Part shown: positions 19,714 through 31,001 of the stretch, piece by piece
How the letters are laid out: the number at the start of each line of letters is the position of its first letter
How positions within the stretch are numbered: position 1 is the first letter of the stretch
Source of the DNA: Nitrosopumilus sp.
GTDB taxonomy: Archaea > Thermoproteota > Nitrososphaeria > Nitrososphaerales > Nitrosopumilaceae
Assembly (NCBI GenBank): GCA_965219345.1
Contig: OZ244732.1
Coordinates: forward strand, 288,001-352,000
Direction of reading: 5' to 3'
DNA: 64,000 bases
Notes under the pieces: model-generated
What the model saw: only the letters and a program-made list of their open reading frames with translations
The model's database searches: none
What the model was told of the DNA's origin: nothing
Translations under genes and position numbers: made by a program

Positions 19714-20702
19714 ATTTTTACTCCCATTAAAAATGAGGTAATTACAGCAAGAATTCCAGAAAATATTACAAGTTTGAAAATGACCGAAGCAACTTGTTTT
19801 TCTGAGAGTGGTTGTCCGCTTACAATTAGCCTAACTAAACTGATTGGGGCTTTTTTATCAGTAGATGATTTTAGTTTAAAATCTTCAGTAAGTTCTACTG
19901 GTTTTATCTTTATTTCTCTGTGCTCTACAATTTTTTTCATACTTGATAAAAACAAAAATGAATTAATTATTGCAGGCAATAGTGCTATGGCTGCAATTAT
20001 TTCTACTTGACCTACAATCGCAATAGCTCCATACATTGCCCCCCAAGCCAATGCGCCAGAATCTCCAGGGAATATTTTGCTTGGAATCTTGTGGTATTTG
20101 TAAAATGCCAATGAAACAAAACCTAACGGTAGACTGATGATTGCTATCTCGTAATTTTGTAAGATGAACAATGCGATACTCAATGAAAAACTGGCAATTA
20201 TCATAAATCCACTTGCAACTCCGTTTAGGACATCAATTGAATTGATAGTGTTTCCAGTAATTACAATCATGAAGATAATTATTATAAGATAAAGTATTGG
20301 AATATGTACTTCTCCAAATAATGGAAATGCAAGATCTGAATCATATACCCCCAAGAAGATTATTGGTGTTGCAGCAATAGCTAGTGCAACTGGTTTGAAC
20401 CATCCACCCACAACCTTTCTATCATCTACATAACCAATTGCAAATGCAAGAAAAGTAGTAATCATTACAGCTAAAATTTCATTCATTTGCAAAAATGCAT
20501 ACAATATTATTTCAGATACAATAATTCCGGCAATAATTGATATGCCACCTGGTCTTGCAATCATTACATCACCTTTCTTGAGTATATCCTTTACTGTATA
20601 ATTCCGTTTTTCTAGAAATGTAATCAAGTGAGGGGTCATTAGAAATACGACAAAAAATGCAACTGTACAAGAAGCTAATGCTGGAAGTATTAATTCAATC
20701 AA
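19710..20702 (-). CDS. MraY/AglH-family UDP-GlcNAc-1-phosphate transferase
   Basis: GYVDD, NTINSIDVLNG, IFPGDSG, multi-TM. Confidence 0.88.
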   Translation of the reverse strand: MIELILPALASCTVAFFVVFLMTPHLITFLEKRNYTVKDILKKGDVMIARPGGISIIAGIIVSEIILYAFLQMNEILAVMITTFLAFAIGYVDDRKVVGGWFKPVALAIAATPIIFLGVYDSDLAFPLFGEVHIPILYLIIIIFMIVITGNTINSIDVLNGVASGFMIIASFSLSIALFILQNYEIAIISLPLGFVSLAFYKYHKIPSKIFPGDSGALAWGAMYGAIAIVGQVEIIAAIALLPAIINSFLFLSSMKKIVEHREIKIKPVELTEDFKLKSSTDKKAPISLVRLIVSGQPLSEKQVASVIFKLVIFSGILAVITSFLMGVKI

Positions 20703-22828
20703 TTATCTAACCTTCGTAATTCAGACTTTATGTTATCTGCAAGGGTTGAACCAATTTTATCTATTTCTGCTAATTTATTCACTGGAATCTTTGCCAAATC
20801 ATCCAGATTCTTAATTCTGTGTTTGTATAGGATTCTCGCTCTAACTCTACCTATGCCCTTTACTTTGACTAGTTCAAGTAATTCCTCTCGAATCCCATAA
20901 ACAATTCTTTTTCTTATATTACCAAGTTCCTCAAGCAAATCTGCCCTCTCAACATGTTTGGAAATTTCTCTGAGACAATATGAAAGCCAATTTGCTGTTT
21001 CTGCCATCCTATGCATGTCTCCTGACTCTATTCCAAGGCTATCAGATAGGGACAATTCTGAAGATTCTGTAATCCATGCATGTAAAGCCAAAAGACTTCT
21101 TGAGCAGTCATATTCTGAAATTGGTTCAAGCAACTCTGAAGAATTATTTTCTATCAAAATACTAGCAGATTCATAATCCTTTTTTCGAAGTGAGAATTTG
21201 GGGAAAAATTCCTCACAATTTGAGATCAAATGCAAGAATCCAAATGTATGTTTTCTGTCTTGGGATACGTTTTCAAGAGCATCTCTAAAGTATGTTGCAG
21301 TTAAGGGATCAATATACAACATTGATGTCTTTTTACCAAATTTTGTAGCATTGAATCTTTCACCTTTTTTGATTATCAAATATTCACTGGAAAGAAAGCG
21401 TAAAGAAATATCAATTGCAAATTTAATTGTAGGTTTTCTTGATTGTAGTCCCCCTAATGTTTGCAAGAAAAATTCCAAGATCTCATCTTTTTTGATTCCT
21501 GGACGTGTAACTATCACACTAAGTATATGAGTACGTAAAGATTTGTCATCAGTAATTTTCGAAATTATTGGTTCTGGTTCTCCATTAATGTAATAATCAA
21601 TTAGATCTTCTGTGTTTCCATTTCCAACAATTATTGCTTCTCCATAATTATCATATTGAGGTCTTCCAGCTCTACCACAAAGTTGTTTGTATTCTAAGAT
21701 ACTAATTGGTCTATTTGCACCAACTTTTGCGTTATACCTAGTAATGTTTGAAATTACAACTCTTCTTGCTGGAAGATTAACTCCTGCAGCTAAGGTTGGT
21801 GTGGATGACAATAGCTTGATAGTTCCTTTACGAAATTCTGCCTCTATTGTTTGTCTGCAATTTTGGTTTAATCCTGCATGATGAAATGCAACTCCTTTTT
21901 TTACAAGAAATGCTAATGTCTTAATTAATTCTGTATGTTCATTTTCTGATAGAATTTTTTTTGAGGTTTTTTCTAATTCCATCAAATCTTTTTTTTCTAA
22001 AATTTGAGAGATGATATCTGCTGCTTTTGTTGCAAGTGACTTGGAACGATTTCTGGTCTCTGCAAATACTAGAGATTGGCCTCCTTCTTTCACTGATTGT
22101 ACGCCTAAATCAATTGGAGTTCCACATATACTACGCTCAACTGAAAAGACTTTGCCATCATTCATAGTAACTTCTCCTGCATCACATACTCCTTCTGATA
22201 GAGGTACTGGCCTCCAGTCATTTTTTACTAGTTTGCAGTTAAGCCAATCTGCAATCTCATTAGAATTTGTAATAGTAGCACTAAGACCTACAATCTGTGG
22301 ATTTGTCTCCAATAATTTTAGCTGTGTAAGAATCATCTCAAGTGTTGGACCTCTATTTTCATCTCCAATCAAATGAACTTCATCGGCAATTACAAGTCCA
22401 ATCTCTTCAACCCACTTAGCACCATATCTGATAATAGAATCCATTTTTTCATTTGTTAAAATTAACACATTACTTTTTTCTAAATTCTTTCCAATGTTTT
22501 CATAGTCTCCAGTAGATATACTAACATTGGTATTATTTCCTAGTTCAACTTTTTCTAATTTTTTAAATTCAAAGAATTTCTCAGCAGCTAATGCACGTAA
22601 AGGACTAAGATAAATCACCTTACCTTTATTTTTGGAAAGATAGCTAATCATTGCAAGCATTGCAATCAGAGTCTTTCCACTCGCAGTTGGTGCAGATACC
22701 AGAATACTTTTTCCATCTAGTAATCCAGACTCTACACTATCAGCTTGTGGCGGATATAATTTTTCATATCCTTGTGATTTTAAAAATTCAATTGCAGTAT
22801 CAGAAAGGTCTAGTTTCTCTATTTTCAT
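20699..22828 (-). CDS. hel308: Ski2-like helicase Hel308/Hjm
   Basis: APTASGKT, DEVH, FHHAGL, GRAGRP, C-terminal HhH. Confidence 0.92.
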   Translation of the reverse strand: MKIEKLDLSDTAIEFLKSQGYEKLYPPQADSVESGLLDGKSILVSAPTASGKTLIAMLAMISYLSKNKGKVIYLSPLRALAAEKFFEFKKLEKVELGNNTNVSISTGDYENIGKNLEKSNVLILTNEKMDSIIRYGAKWVEEIGLVIADEVHLIGDENRGPTLEMILTQLKLLETNPQIVGLSATITNSNEIADWLNCKLVKNDWRPVPLSEGVCDAGEVTMNDGKVFSVERSICGTPIDLGVQSVKEGGQSLVFAETRNRSKSLATKAADIISQILEKKDLMELEKTSKKILSENEHTELIKTLAFLVKKGVAFHHAGLNQNCRQTIEAEFRKGTIKLLSSTPTLAAGVNLPARRVVISNITRYNAKVGANRPISILEYKQLCGRAGRPQYDNYGEAIIVGNGNTEDLIDYYINGEPEPIISKITDDKSLRTHILSVIVTRPGIKKDEILEFFLQTLGGLQSRKPTIKFAIDISLRFLSSEYLIIKKGERFNATKFGKKTSMLYIDPLTATYFRDALENVSQDRKHTFGFLHLISNCEEFFPKFSLRKKDYESASILIENNSSELLEPISEYDCSRSLLALHAWITESSELSLSDSLGIESGDMHRMAETANWLSYCLREISKHVERADLLEELGNIRKRIVYGIREELLELVKVKGIGRVRARILYKHRIKNLDDLAKIPVNKLAEIDKIGSTLADNIKSELRRLDN

Positions 22829-24912
22829 ACTCGGTTATAATGACCGGGTTTTGATTCATAAATAGATGCTTCTCTAAGCATTCTTCGGATATAGTCTCTT
22901 GCCTCATCTTGAGTGAATTTATCACTCTTTTCAAGTTCCTGAACAAACGTCTTTTCTTCTACTGGCACCTTGTTATCACCCTCAAGACCTCTGAGAATAT
23001 CCATGAATAATTGCATCTTTGAAACCTCACTTCTTGGTTTTCCTTGTAATACTCCAAGATCTACCTTTCCAGTATTGACATCTACTCCTGCATCCTCAAG
23101 CATACTCTGAAGCAAAAAGATTGCACGTTCAGCATCTTCCAGTTCTACCTCGTCTTTCATAAGTAATCTTGCTCTTGCCGTGGAGAGTCTGATAATTCCT
23201 TCTAGTTGTCTGGGTGTAACTGTAATCATCTCCTCAGACTCTACGTTTCTCATCTGGAGATAATATTCAAGGATCTTTTCTTCAGCCTCTTTTGTCAAGA
23301 TAGGAGAAGAACGTTTTGCATATGAAAGATATTTTGTTAGTAAATCAACATCAATTACAGAACGTTGGTCTGTTCCTTGTGGAGTATGCAATTCAATAAT
23401 ATGTCTAGCAATCTTTTCATCTTTCTCTTTACTTGGAATGTCTCTTACAACAAAAATCAAGTCAAATCTTGTAAGTAATGGAATTGGTAAGTTTACATTT
23501 TCTGTAATATTTTTGAAAGGATCATATTTTCCATACATGGGGTTTGCTGCAGCTAAAATTGAGGTTCTAGCATTTAGTGTAGCTACAATACCACCTTTTG
23601 CAATACTAGCGGATTGTTGTTCCATAACTTCGTGTAAAGCACTTCTGTCTTCTGGTTTCATCTTGTCAAATTCATCTATACATACAAGACCCTGGTCACC
23701 AAGTACAACTGCACCTGCTTCAAGCATCATAATTCCAGTTTTGTCTTTAACTATTGCAGCTGTAAGTCCTGCAGCAGTTGAACCTCTACCAGAAGTATAC
23801 AAACCTCGTGGTGCAATTCTTGAACAAAATTTCAGCATCTCACTTTTTGCAGTACCAGGATCTCCAACTAGAAAAACGTTGATGTCTCCTCTAATCTTAC
23901 TTCCATCACCTAATTGTCGTTGGTTGGCACCTACAATAAGTAACATAATAGCTTCTTTGATTACTGAATGTCCTTGAATGTGGGGAGCAAAGGAGTCAAT
24001 TAGTCTTTGATACACATCAGGACTTTGACTTAATGTTTTGATCATTTCTTCTTCCTCGGGAGAAACTTCGTCTTTTGCTATTTTACGAGATAATTTAGAA
24101 CCATGTCCGCCCAAAAATTCAATATTATTTCCTTCAATTCTTAATCGGTATAATCCACTATGACCTCTCTGAACGCCTGAAACTGATTCTTGTTCTATTC
24201 TTACTATACCTGTAAGGATTATTCTATCACCAGGCCTAGCATTATCTACCAAATCCTGCCTAATTGTGACATCAATATAGTGAGGAAGTTGTCCTGGTGG
24301 CAAATCCTCAGGAAGTTCCTGTAATCGAAGAAGCTGAAAATCAATAAACTTACTTGCTTCAGGTTTTAGATCAAAATCTCTATGTTTACAATTTGGGTTA
24401 TCACATATTACAGGCATCTTTACATCCATTCCTTTAAGCTGAATTACTTTGGTAGGATGATCGTCTGGACAAACAAAGACCAGTTCTTTTGCAAGAGGTT
24501 TTACCTCTGATGCCCTAACTACCATTCCTGAAACACTTGTAATTATTCCAATGGTTTCAGCATTGATTTGTCTAAGGCTTCTCTGAAGTGGATAATTAAC
24601 TAGTCTAACACGAACTTCATCTTTGATTTTTTCAGCATAATCTGTAAATCTTGTTTGTAGTGCTTCTTTGATTGCTCTGGAGAATGCATCAAAGATTCTA
24701 TCAGGGCTTTGAGAAAATAAGTTTCCAAGTTCTGGTTCAAAAACTAAATCATTGTAATCAACGACAATATATTTTGCATTTTTAGCCATCATCTCATCAA
24801 TTGCCTCTACGTACTTGTAATGACCAGATTTGTCTTTGAATCTAGTAAGGAACTCTTTTACTTTATCTGATAATGCAGAATCTGTAAATGTACTAGTTTG
24901 AGCGTTACTCAT
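22825..24912 (-). CDS. mcm: Replicative helicase MCM
   Basis: GDPGTAKS, CIDEFDKM, LLTRFD, Zn finger. Confidence 0.96.
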   Translation of the reverse strand: MSNAQTSTFTDSALSDKVKEFLTRFKDKSGHYKYVEAIDEMMAKNAKYIVVDYNDLVFEPELGNLFSQSPDRIFDAFSRAIKEALQTRFTDYAEKIKDEVRVRLVNYPLQRSLRQINAETIGIITSVSGMVVRASEVKPLAKELVFVCPDDHPTKVIQLKGMDVKMPVICDNPNCKHRDFDLKPEASKFIDFQLLRLQELPEDLPPGQLPHYIDVTIRQDLVDNARPGDRIILTGIVRIEQESVSGVQRGHSGLYRLRIEGNNIEFLGGHGSKLSRKIAKDEVSPEEEEMIKTLSQSPDVYQRLIDSFAPHIQGHSVIKEAIMLLIVGANQRQLGDGSKIRGDINVFLVGDPGTAKSEMLKFCSRIAPRGLYTSGRGSTAAGLTAAIVKDKTGIMMLEAGAVVLGDQGLVCIDEFDKMKPEDRSALHEVMEQQSASIAKGGIVATLNARTSILAAANPMYGKYDPFKNITENVNLPIPLLTRFDLIFVVRDIPSKEKDEKIARHIIELHTPQGTDQRSVIDVDLLTKYLSYAKRSSPILTKEAEEKILEYYLQMRNVESEEMITVTPRQLEGIIRLSTARARLLMKDEVELEDAERAIFLLQSMLEDAGVDVNTGKVDLGVLQGKPRSEVSKMQLFMDILRGLEGDNKVPVEEKTFVQELEKSDKFTQDEARDYIRRMLREASIYESKPGHYNRV

Positions 24913-25423
24913 TTAGATCTCCTCTTATTTGTTTTTCAAACTCTACACTATTTTCATGGATAGTTTTATAGAAGATATTTTCTTCAACAGTTAATTTGTT
25001 TTTGAGTTCAGAATTTAGTTTAATAGAATCTGCTATCTTTACTAGTTTACCTCTTCTCATTCTAAATAATTCTAACATCATACTTTCAACTTTATCAAAA
25101 TCATCACGATTCAATTGTTTCATAGATTCTTTTAGTTTAATGTAAAAGTGAGGATCTAATGTAGAGAGTTGATATTCACCAACCATCTTTTCTTTTGATA
25201 ACGCTTGTTTTAGCTCAGTAATCATATCTGGGGAATCTAATGACGCCAGCTTGTTGTCAGTTAGTATCTTTCCAATCCACTGAGGCATGTTAATCACCTC
25301 ACCTGAAGTTCCTTCAGTCTTTATTCCTGCAACATTAAATTTGAAATCACGATTAACTGTAACCTTAGTATCCTTTAGGCGATGTCCAACTGAATGTACT
25401 TTTTCTATCTTATCTATTTCCAT
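24905..25423 (-). CDS. GINS complex subunit (GINS23-type)
   Basis: MPQWIG, L..LDPHFY, RRGKL; immediately upstream of mcm. Confidence 0.8.
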   Translation of the reverse strand: MEIDKIEKVHSVGHRLKDTKVTVNRDFKFNVAGIKTEGTSGEVINMPQWIGKILTDNKLASLDSPDMITELKQALSKEKMVGEYQLSTLDPHFYIKLKESMKQLNRDDFDKVESMMLELFRMRRGKLVKIADSIKLNSELKNKLTVEENIFYKTIHENSVEFEKQIRGDLNE

Positions 25424-25428
25424 GGTGA

Positions 25429-25525
25429 GATCTGATCCTCCGACAAATCCTTGAAGAATTGGGATCGATCAATTCTTTTTACTATTTGGTGAGATCAATT
25501 GATCCTAATTAATCTCAGGCTGATC
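25429..25525. promoter_or_regulatory. GATC cluster in the divergent gins/mcm - rfcS promoter region
   Basis: Seven GATC at 25429, 25434, 25463, 25467, 25493, 25501, 25522; tggtgagatc occurs twice. Confidence 0.55.
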
Positions 25526-25616
25526 GCACAAAAAATACGGCTGGTCATGATTTTAATTTATGGTATGTCACAATAACCAATTCGGACTTATTAATGGGAA
25601 TTGAACCTAAAGTTTT

Positions 25617-26567
25617 ATGATTGTAACTGGTATGTGGGTAGAGAAATATCGACCAACAAAACTTACAGAAATTATTAATCAGACAGAAATTATTGGTAGT
25701 CTGAAAGCCCTAATTAAAGATCCAACAGATATGCCTCACTTGCTCTTTTCTGGTTCTGCAGGAGTTGGCAAAACCACTACTGCATTATGTCTTTCAAGAC
25801 AAATTTTGGGAGACTATGCTAAAGACTACACACTTGAGCTAAATGCATCAGATGAAAGAGGAATTGGGATGGTTAGAGAAAAAGTAAAGAAATTTTCAAG
25901 ATTTGCAGGAATGGTAGATGTTCCATTCAAGATTATAATTTTAGATGAAGCAGATGAAATGACTTCGGATGCTCAAACTGCGCTTAGAAGGATTATTGAA
26001 GATGCGGCAAAAATTTGTAGGTTTATTCTTATTGCAAATAATGTGTCCAAAATAATAGAACCTATTCAAAGTAGATGTGCATCTTTCAAGTTCACATCAG
26101 TTTCTGAGGATGATGTCATAGTTAGATTAGAAGATATTGCCAAAAAAGAGAAAGTAAAGACAGATAAAAAGGGTCTAAAGGCAGTTTATGAATATACAGA
26201 AGGGGATTTGAGACATGCAATTAACCTAATGCAAGCAACTGCAAGTCTTGGTGGAATCACCGAACAGAATGTAAAGGTATCGGCTGGACTAACAAAAACA
26301 AGTGATGTTGATGAGATTCTAAACATTGCACTATCTGGAAAAGTTGTTGAAGCAAGAGATAAGATGATAGAATTGATCAAAGTTTATGGAATGTCAGAAT
26401 CTGATTTCCTAAAGTATCTCAATTCAGCTGTTTTCAAATCAAAACATGACAATCTATCAGAGATTTTACAAGTAATTGCAAAGTATGATTATAGAATTTT
26501 AGTTGGAGCAAATTCTGAAATTCAGCTATCTGCAATGCTTGCAGAGCTTGCAAAATTAGAAAACTAG
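25617..26567 (+). CDS. rfcS: Replication factor C small subunit
   Basis: WVEKYRP, GSAGVGKT, ELNASDERG, DEAD, SRC. Confidence 0.95.
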   Translation: MIVTGMWVEKYRPTKLTEIINQTEIIGSLKALIKDPTDMPHLLFSGSAGVGKTTTALCLSRQILGDYAKDYTLELNASDERGIGMVREKVKKFSRFAGMVDVPFKIIILDEADEMTSDAQTALRRIIEDAAKICRFILIANNVSKIIEPIQSRCASFKFTSVSEDDVIVRLEDIAKKEKVKTDKKGLKAVYEYTEGDLRHAINLMQATASLGGITEQNVKVSAGLTKTSDVDEILNIALSGKVVEARDKMIELIKVYGMSESDFLKYLNSAVFKSKHDNLSEILQVIAKYDYRILVGANSEIQLSAMLAELAKLEN

Positions 26568-26568
26568 T

Positions 26569-27477
26569 TCAGAAAGCATCTAAAGACTTTAGACTTTTAC
26601 ATCTGTTTCTGATTGTTACCTCAGTAACACCTGCAGCCACAGCAATTGTTTTTTGGGTTATATTCTCGCCAGTTTCCATACTTGAAAGATATAGTGCAGA
26701 TGCTGCCATTCCCATTGGATCTTTTCCAGATACAATTTGTTTTTCTTCAGCTTTTTTGAGAAGTTTTATTGCAAGACGTTTAGTTTTTTCTGATAGACCT
26801 ATCTGACTTGCAATTCTTGCAATGCACTGAACAGAATCCACTACAGGCATCTTCAAGTCTAATTCTTTTACTAACATCCTGTAACAAATTGCAAGGTTTT
26901 TTCTCGTAATGTTAATTGTACTTGAAACATCATTAAGAGTTCGTGGAGTGCCAGATTCACGACAAGCAGCATAAAGTGTTGCAGCTATTAATCCTTGGAT
27001 TGATCTTCCCCTAACAAGTTTTTTTTCCAAAGCTTTTCTGTAAATGTAAGCTGCTTTTTCAACTATGGCATCTGACAGGGATAATTTCTCTTTCATTTTG
27101 AGTAATTCACCAAGTGCAACTTGGAGATTTCTATCAGCAGAATCTTTAGTGCGACTTCGACTATCCCAAATTCTTAATCGCTTAATGGATGATTTCATGG
27201 ATGTAGATAATGGATTTCCAGAAGAATCTTTGTTAATTGGATTGATTATTGTACTTAGACCCTGATCATGTCTAGTTAGTGAAGTTCTATCTCCAGTTCT
27301 TGATTTGTTTGTGTTACTGTCTGAGAATGTTCTTTCTGGTCCGTGATTTTCTACTCTATCAGTAATTACAAAGCCGCACTTGCCACAAAACATTTCACCT
27401 GTTTCTTCATCAGTGATTATTTTGCTTTTACCACATCTAGGACAACTTTGTTTTTTTGATAGTTGTTGCTGTGCCAT
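26569..27477 (-). CDS. tfb: Transcription initiation factor IIB (TFB)
   Basis: CPRC..CGKCG Zn ribbon, RGRSI cyclin repeats, GVTEVTIRNR. Confidence 0.95.
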   Translation of the reverse strand: MAQQQLSKKQSCPRCGKSKIITDEETGEMFCGKCGFVITDRVENHGPERTFSDSNTNKSRTGDRTSLTRHDQGLSTIINPINKDSSGNPLSTSMKSSIKRLRIWDSRSRTKDSADRNLQVALGELLKMKEKLSLSDAIVEKAAYIYRKALEKKLVRGRSIQGLIAATLYAACRESGTPRTLNDVSSTINITRKNLAICYRMLVKELDLKMPVVDSVQCIARIASQIGLSEKTKRLAIKLLKKAEEKQIVSGKDPMGMAASALYLSSMETGENITQKTIAVAAGVTEVTIRNRCKSLKSLDAF

Positions 27478-27551
27478 TGTTATCTTGTTGTATGTAATGT
27501 CTAATAAATCGTCAAAATCCGTGCATTATGAGTCATTATTAAAAATAGAAA

Positions 27552-27635
27552 CGCAGAGAGAGGGATTTGAACCCCCGTATGCTTACGCACACAGGCTCTC
27601 AAGGCCCGCGCCCTACCGAGCTAGGCGACCTCTGC
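27552..27635 (-). tRNA. tRNA-Ser (TGA)
   Basis: GCAGAGG acceptor, loop CT-TGA-GA, long variable arm, G73. Confidence 0.93.
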
Positions 27636-27708
27636 AAAAAATAGTGCAGAAAAGTAATTAAAATCTGTTGAGGTAAAATAGAAAAATAAGAAAAAAGAAA
27701 AAGTTTTC

Positions 27709-28254
27709 TCAATGGCCTGAGTGAGGTCCACCGCCGCCAGTCATTTTCACATATGTACCGTCTGCTTTCTCGTGCCACTCCAGATTAGCTGCTTCGATTA
27801 AAATAGCTCCTTGAGGACAAATTTCTTGACATGCCATACAAATCGTACAATCGTGTTCTCTGATTGGCTGTGATTTATCTGAAGCATCTAATCTTTCATT
27901 TGCTTCTGTAAGACCAGTACCTTCAAAGGTTGCATTAAGACAGTCTACTGCTGGAATATCTTTTTCAGTTCTGTACCATTGAAATGTTTGGACAGGACAT
28001 ACACCAAAGCATTCACCTGCTGCAATACATGAATCCCAATCAACTGCGACAGTTGTTCCATGAATTCCTAGAGGAACCATTTCTTCTCCATGTTCTGCAT
28101 AAGCTGCTTTAACATCGTCATTTGAGAATGCTTTTCCGTTTGGATCTCCTTTACCCCAGATAAAGTGCTTATTCTCACCATCTGAATGGCTGGTTTTTCC
28201 TACCGGCTTTACGTCATTGTGACAAAAGTCTTCAGGTATAACTAAATCTACCAT
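27709..28254 (-). CDS. 4Fe-4S dicluster ferredoxin
   Basis: CIAAGECFGVCP and CTICMACQEICP. Confidence 0.9.
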   Translation of the reverse strand: MVDLVIPEDFCHNDVKPVGKTSHSDGENKHFIWGKGDPNGKAFSNDDVKAAYAEHGEEMVPLGIHGTTVAVDWDSCIAAGECFGVCPVQTFQWYRTEKDIPAVDCLNATFEGTGLTEANERLDASDKSQPIREHDCTICMACQEICPQGAILIEAANLEWHEKADGTYVKMTGGGGPHSGH

Positions 28255-28270
28255 ACTAAGATAATTTTAG

Positions 28271-28290
28271 GATATTATTTAAAGCTAGAC
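28271..28290 (-). promoter_or_regulatory. Promoter (TATA/BRE) identical between the two ferredoxin genes
   Basis: gatattatttaaagctagac identical at 28271-28290 and 28855-28874, each about 17 nt upstream of a start codon. Confidence 0.7.
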
Positions 28291-28327
28291 AAAATTAGTT
28301 GCGACTAAATTTTAGAATTATCAATCT

Positions 28328-28846
<519 letters not shown>

Positions 28847-28961
28847 TCAATTTAGATATTATTTAAAGCTAGACTAGAACCAAAAGGAATTATCAGTCAT
28901 AGATCAATTGCGAAGAAAGATTTCCTTACGTTCATAACGATCTACGATCAATCTTGGAAAG

Positions 28962-29627
28962 ATGGATATTTTCAAATTTGATGTTTATCGGGGGCCAAAC
29001 CTTGGAATCTACATTAGTGTTAACGACAGTCTGGTTATGGTTCCAATGGGTTATGCCAAATCAAAAGCAGAAAAGCTTGCAAAATATCTTGATGCAGATA
29101 TTCTTTATACATCAATTGCAAATACTAGGTTAATTGGAACATTATCTGTAATGAATAACAGGGGAATCTTACTTCCTAAAACTGCATATCAAAATGAGTA
29201 TGATGTATTGAAAAAAGAGACCAATCTTGAAGTTGGTGTGTTAGATTCAAAATTTACTGCACTTGGAAATGTAATCTGTGCAAATGATAAAGGGGCAGTT
29301 GTGTCCCCTTGGTTGTCAGATAATGATTGCCAAACCATTAAAGATGTTCTTGGAGTTGAAATAATTCAGAAAAGAATTGCAGGGTTCAATCAGACAGGAG
29401 TAGTTCTTGTTGCAAACAATACTGGCGCTGCAATCCATCCGGAAGCTGATGAAGAAGACATGAAGACTTTTGCCAATCTCCTAGGCGTGAAAGTAGAGCA
29501 GAGCTCAGTTAATAATGGTACTCCATATGTCTCTTCTGGAATTCTTGCAAATAATCATGCACTAGTTGTGGGATCATTAACTACTGGTCCTGAGATTATG
29601 ATGCTGACTAGGGCTTTTCTAAATTAA
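28962..29627 (+). CDS. eif6: Translation initiation factor aIF6
   Basis: PNLGIY, ALGNVICAND, VANNTGA..HP, GSLTTGPE. Confidence 0.93.
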   Translation: MDIFKFDVYRGPNLGIYISVNDSLVMVPMGYAKSKAEKLAKYLDADILYTSIANTRLIGTLSVMNNRGILLPKTAYQNEYDVLKKETNLEVGVLDSKFTALGNVICANDKGAVVSPWLSDNDCQTIKDVLGVEIIQKRIAGFNQTGVVLVANNTGAAIHPEADEEDMKTFANLLGVKVEQSSVNNGTPYVSSGILANNHALVVGSLTTGPEIMMLTRAFLN

Positions 29628-30888
29628 GAACAGAGTTTGGATCTTCGGTAAGTTTTTCCAAAGATATTACTACTTCTGTTCCATCAATCATATCACGCAG
29701 AACAACATTTCCTTCTTCTAGTTCCTTTGGTCCTACAATAATTGAGAATCTTGCATTTGTTGCTATCTCCATCTGTTTCTTTAGGTTACGCCCTGCCAAG
29801 TCAATGTCAGTTGGGATATTAGCTAGACGCAGCAGTGATGTAATTGAATGTGCAACTTTTTGCATCTCATCATTGATGTATAGTACAGCAACTCTGTTCT
29901 GTTTTAATTCTGGAATGATTCCTTGCTCTTGCATTGTTAGAATGATTCTCTCAACTCCACCTGCAACTCCTGTAGCTCCAATGTCTTCTCTTCCAAATGC
30001 TTTGGTTAGTGAGTCATATCGTCCGCCACCGGCAAGAGCCCCCAATGTAGAGTTTTTGTCAAATACTTCAAAAACTATACCTGAATAGTAATCCAATCCC
30101 CTAACTATTCCAAAGTTAATTCTTACATTTGATACTCCACGATTTTCCAATGAATCTATTAGTTGTTTTAGCTCATCCCAAGACTCTAGTTGTGATGTAT
30201 CGAATGCTTTTTCAACTTCTGTGATGCTTCCTTTGATTTGTGAGAACTCTAGAATTTTTTCTAGCTTGTCTGTTTCATATCTGTCTTTGAATTCCTTTAG
30301 TATCTCTTCTTTGGATTTTTTTGAAATTTTATCTACTGCTCGTAAAATATCAGCCACCAGCTGTGGTTCTTTGGAATCAAAAATTTTGTTAATGTAAGAC
30401 TCTACAAGATTTCTGTGGTTAATGTCAATAGTGATATTTTTCAGTAATAGCGAATCAAATAGCCGAGATGTCAATTCAATGGCTTCAGCCTCAGATTCGA
30501 GGGTAGCCTTGCCGTAAATCTCAATATCCCACTGGTGAAAGTATCGGTATCTTCCCTTTTGAGGTTCGTCATATCTGAATACTCCACCAAAGCTTGAGAT
30601 CTTTGCTGGAAGCTTCATCGACTTTTGAGATGCTGCATATCTCGTCATGCCAACTGTAAAGTCATATCGTAGTGCTACTTCCCTATCTCCTTTGTCTGTG
30701 AAGAAGTAGATTTCATCTTTTATTGCTGGTCCTGATTTTGTCTCCAATACTGAAAGTAATTCAATTGGTGATGGATCCATAAATGAGAATCCATATAGAT
30801 TGGAAAGTTGCTTGAAATGATATCTGATATGCTCTATGTTTACAGTTTCAGACTTTTCAAAGTCTTTCATGCCTCGAGGTAATTCCAA
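29608..30888 (-). CDS. hisS: Histidine--tRNA ligase
   Basis: LPRGMKD, FRYDEPQKGRYR, RGLDYY, GGGRYD. Confidence 0.96.
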   Translation of the reverse strand: MELPRGMKDFEKSETVNIEHIRYHFKQLSNLYGFSFMDPSPIELLSVLETKSGPAIKDEIYFFTDKGDREVALRYDFTVGMTRYAASQKSMKLPAKISSFGGVFRYDEPQKGRYRYFHQWDIEIYGKATLESEAEAIELTSRLFDSLLLKNITIDINHRNLVESYINKIFDSKEPQLVADILRAVDKISKKSKEEILKEFKDRYETDKLEKILEFSQIKGSITEVEKAFDTSQLESWDELKQLIDSLENRGVSNVRINFGIVRGLDYYSGIVFEVFDKNSTLGALAGGGRYDSLTKAFGREDIGATGVAGGVERIILTMQEQGIIPELKQNRVAVLYINDEMQKVAHSITSLLRLANIPTDIDLAGRNLKKQMEIATNARFSIIVGPKELEEGNVVLRDMIDGTEVVISLEKLTEDPNSVLNLEKP

Positions 30889-31001
30889 GATGAATAGTCT
30901 GTCAGGTGTTCTGATTTAGATATTTCTGTGATAATTGCGCCAAACTTGTAATACTGAAAACTACGATCATCTTTAAATTGATCTAGGCTAAAAAATTACT
31001 A

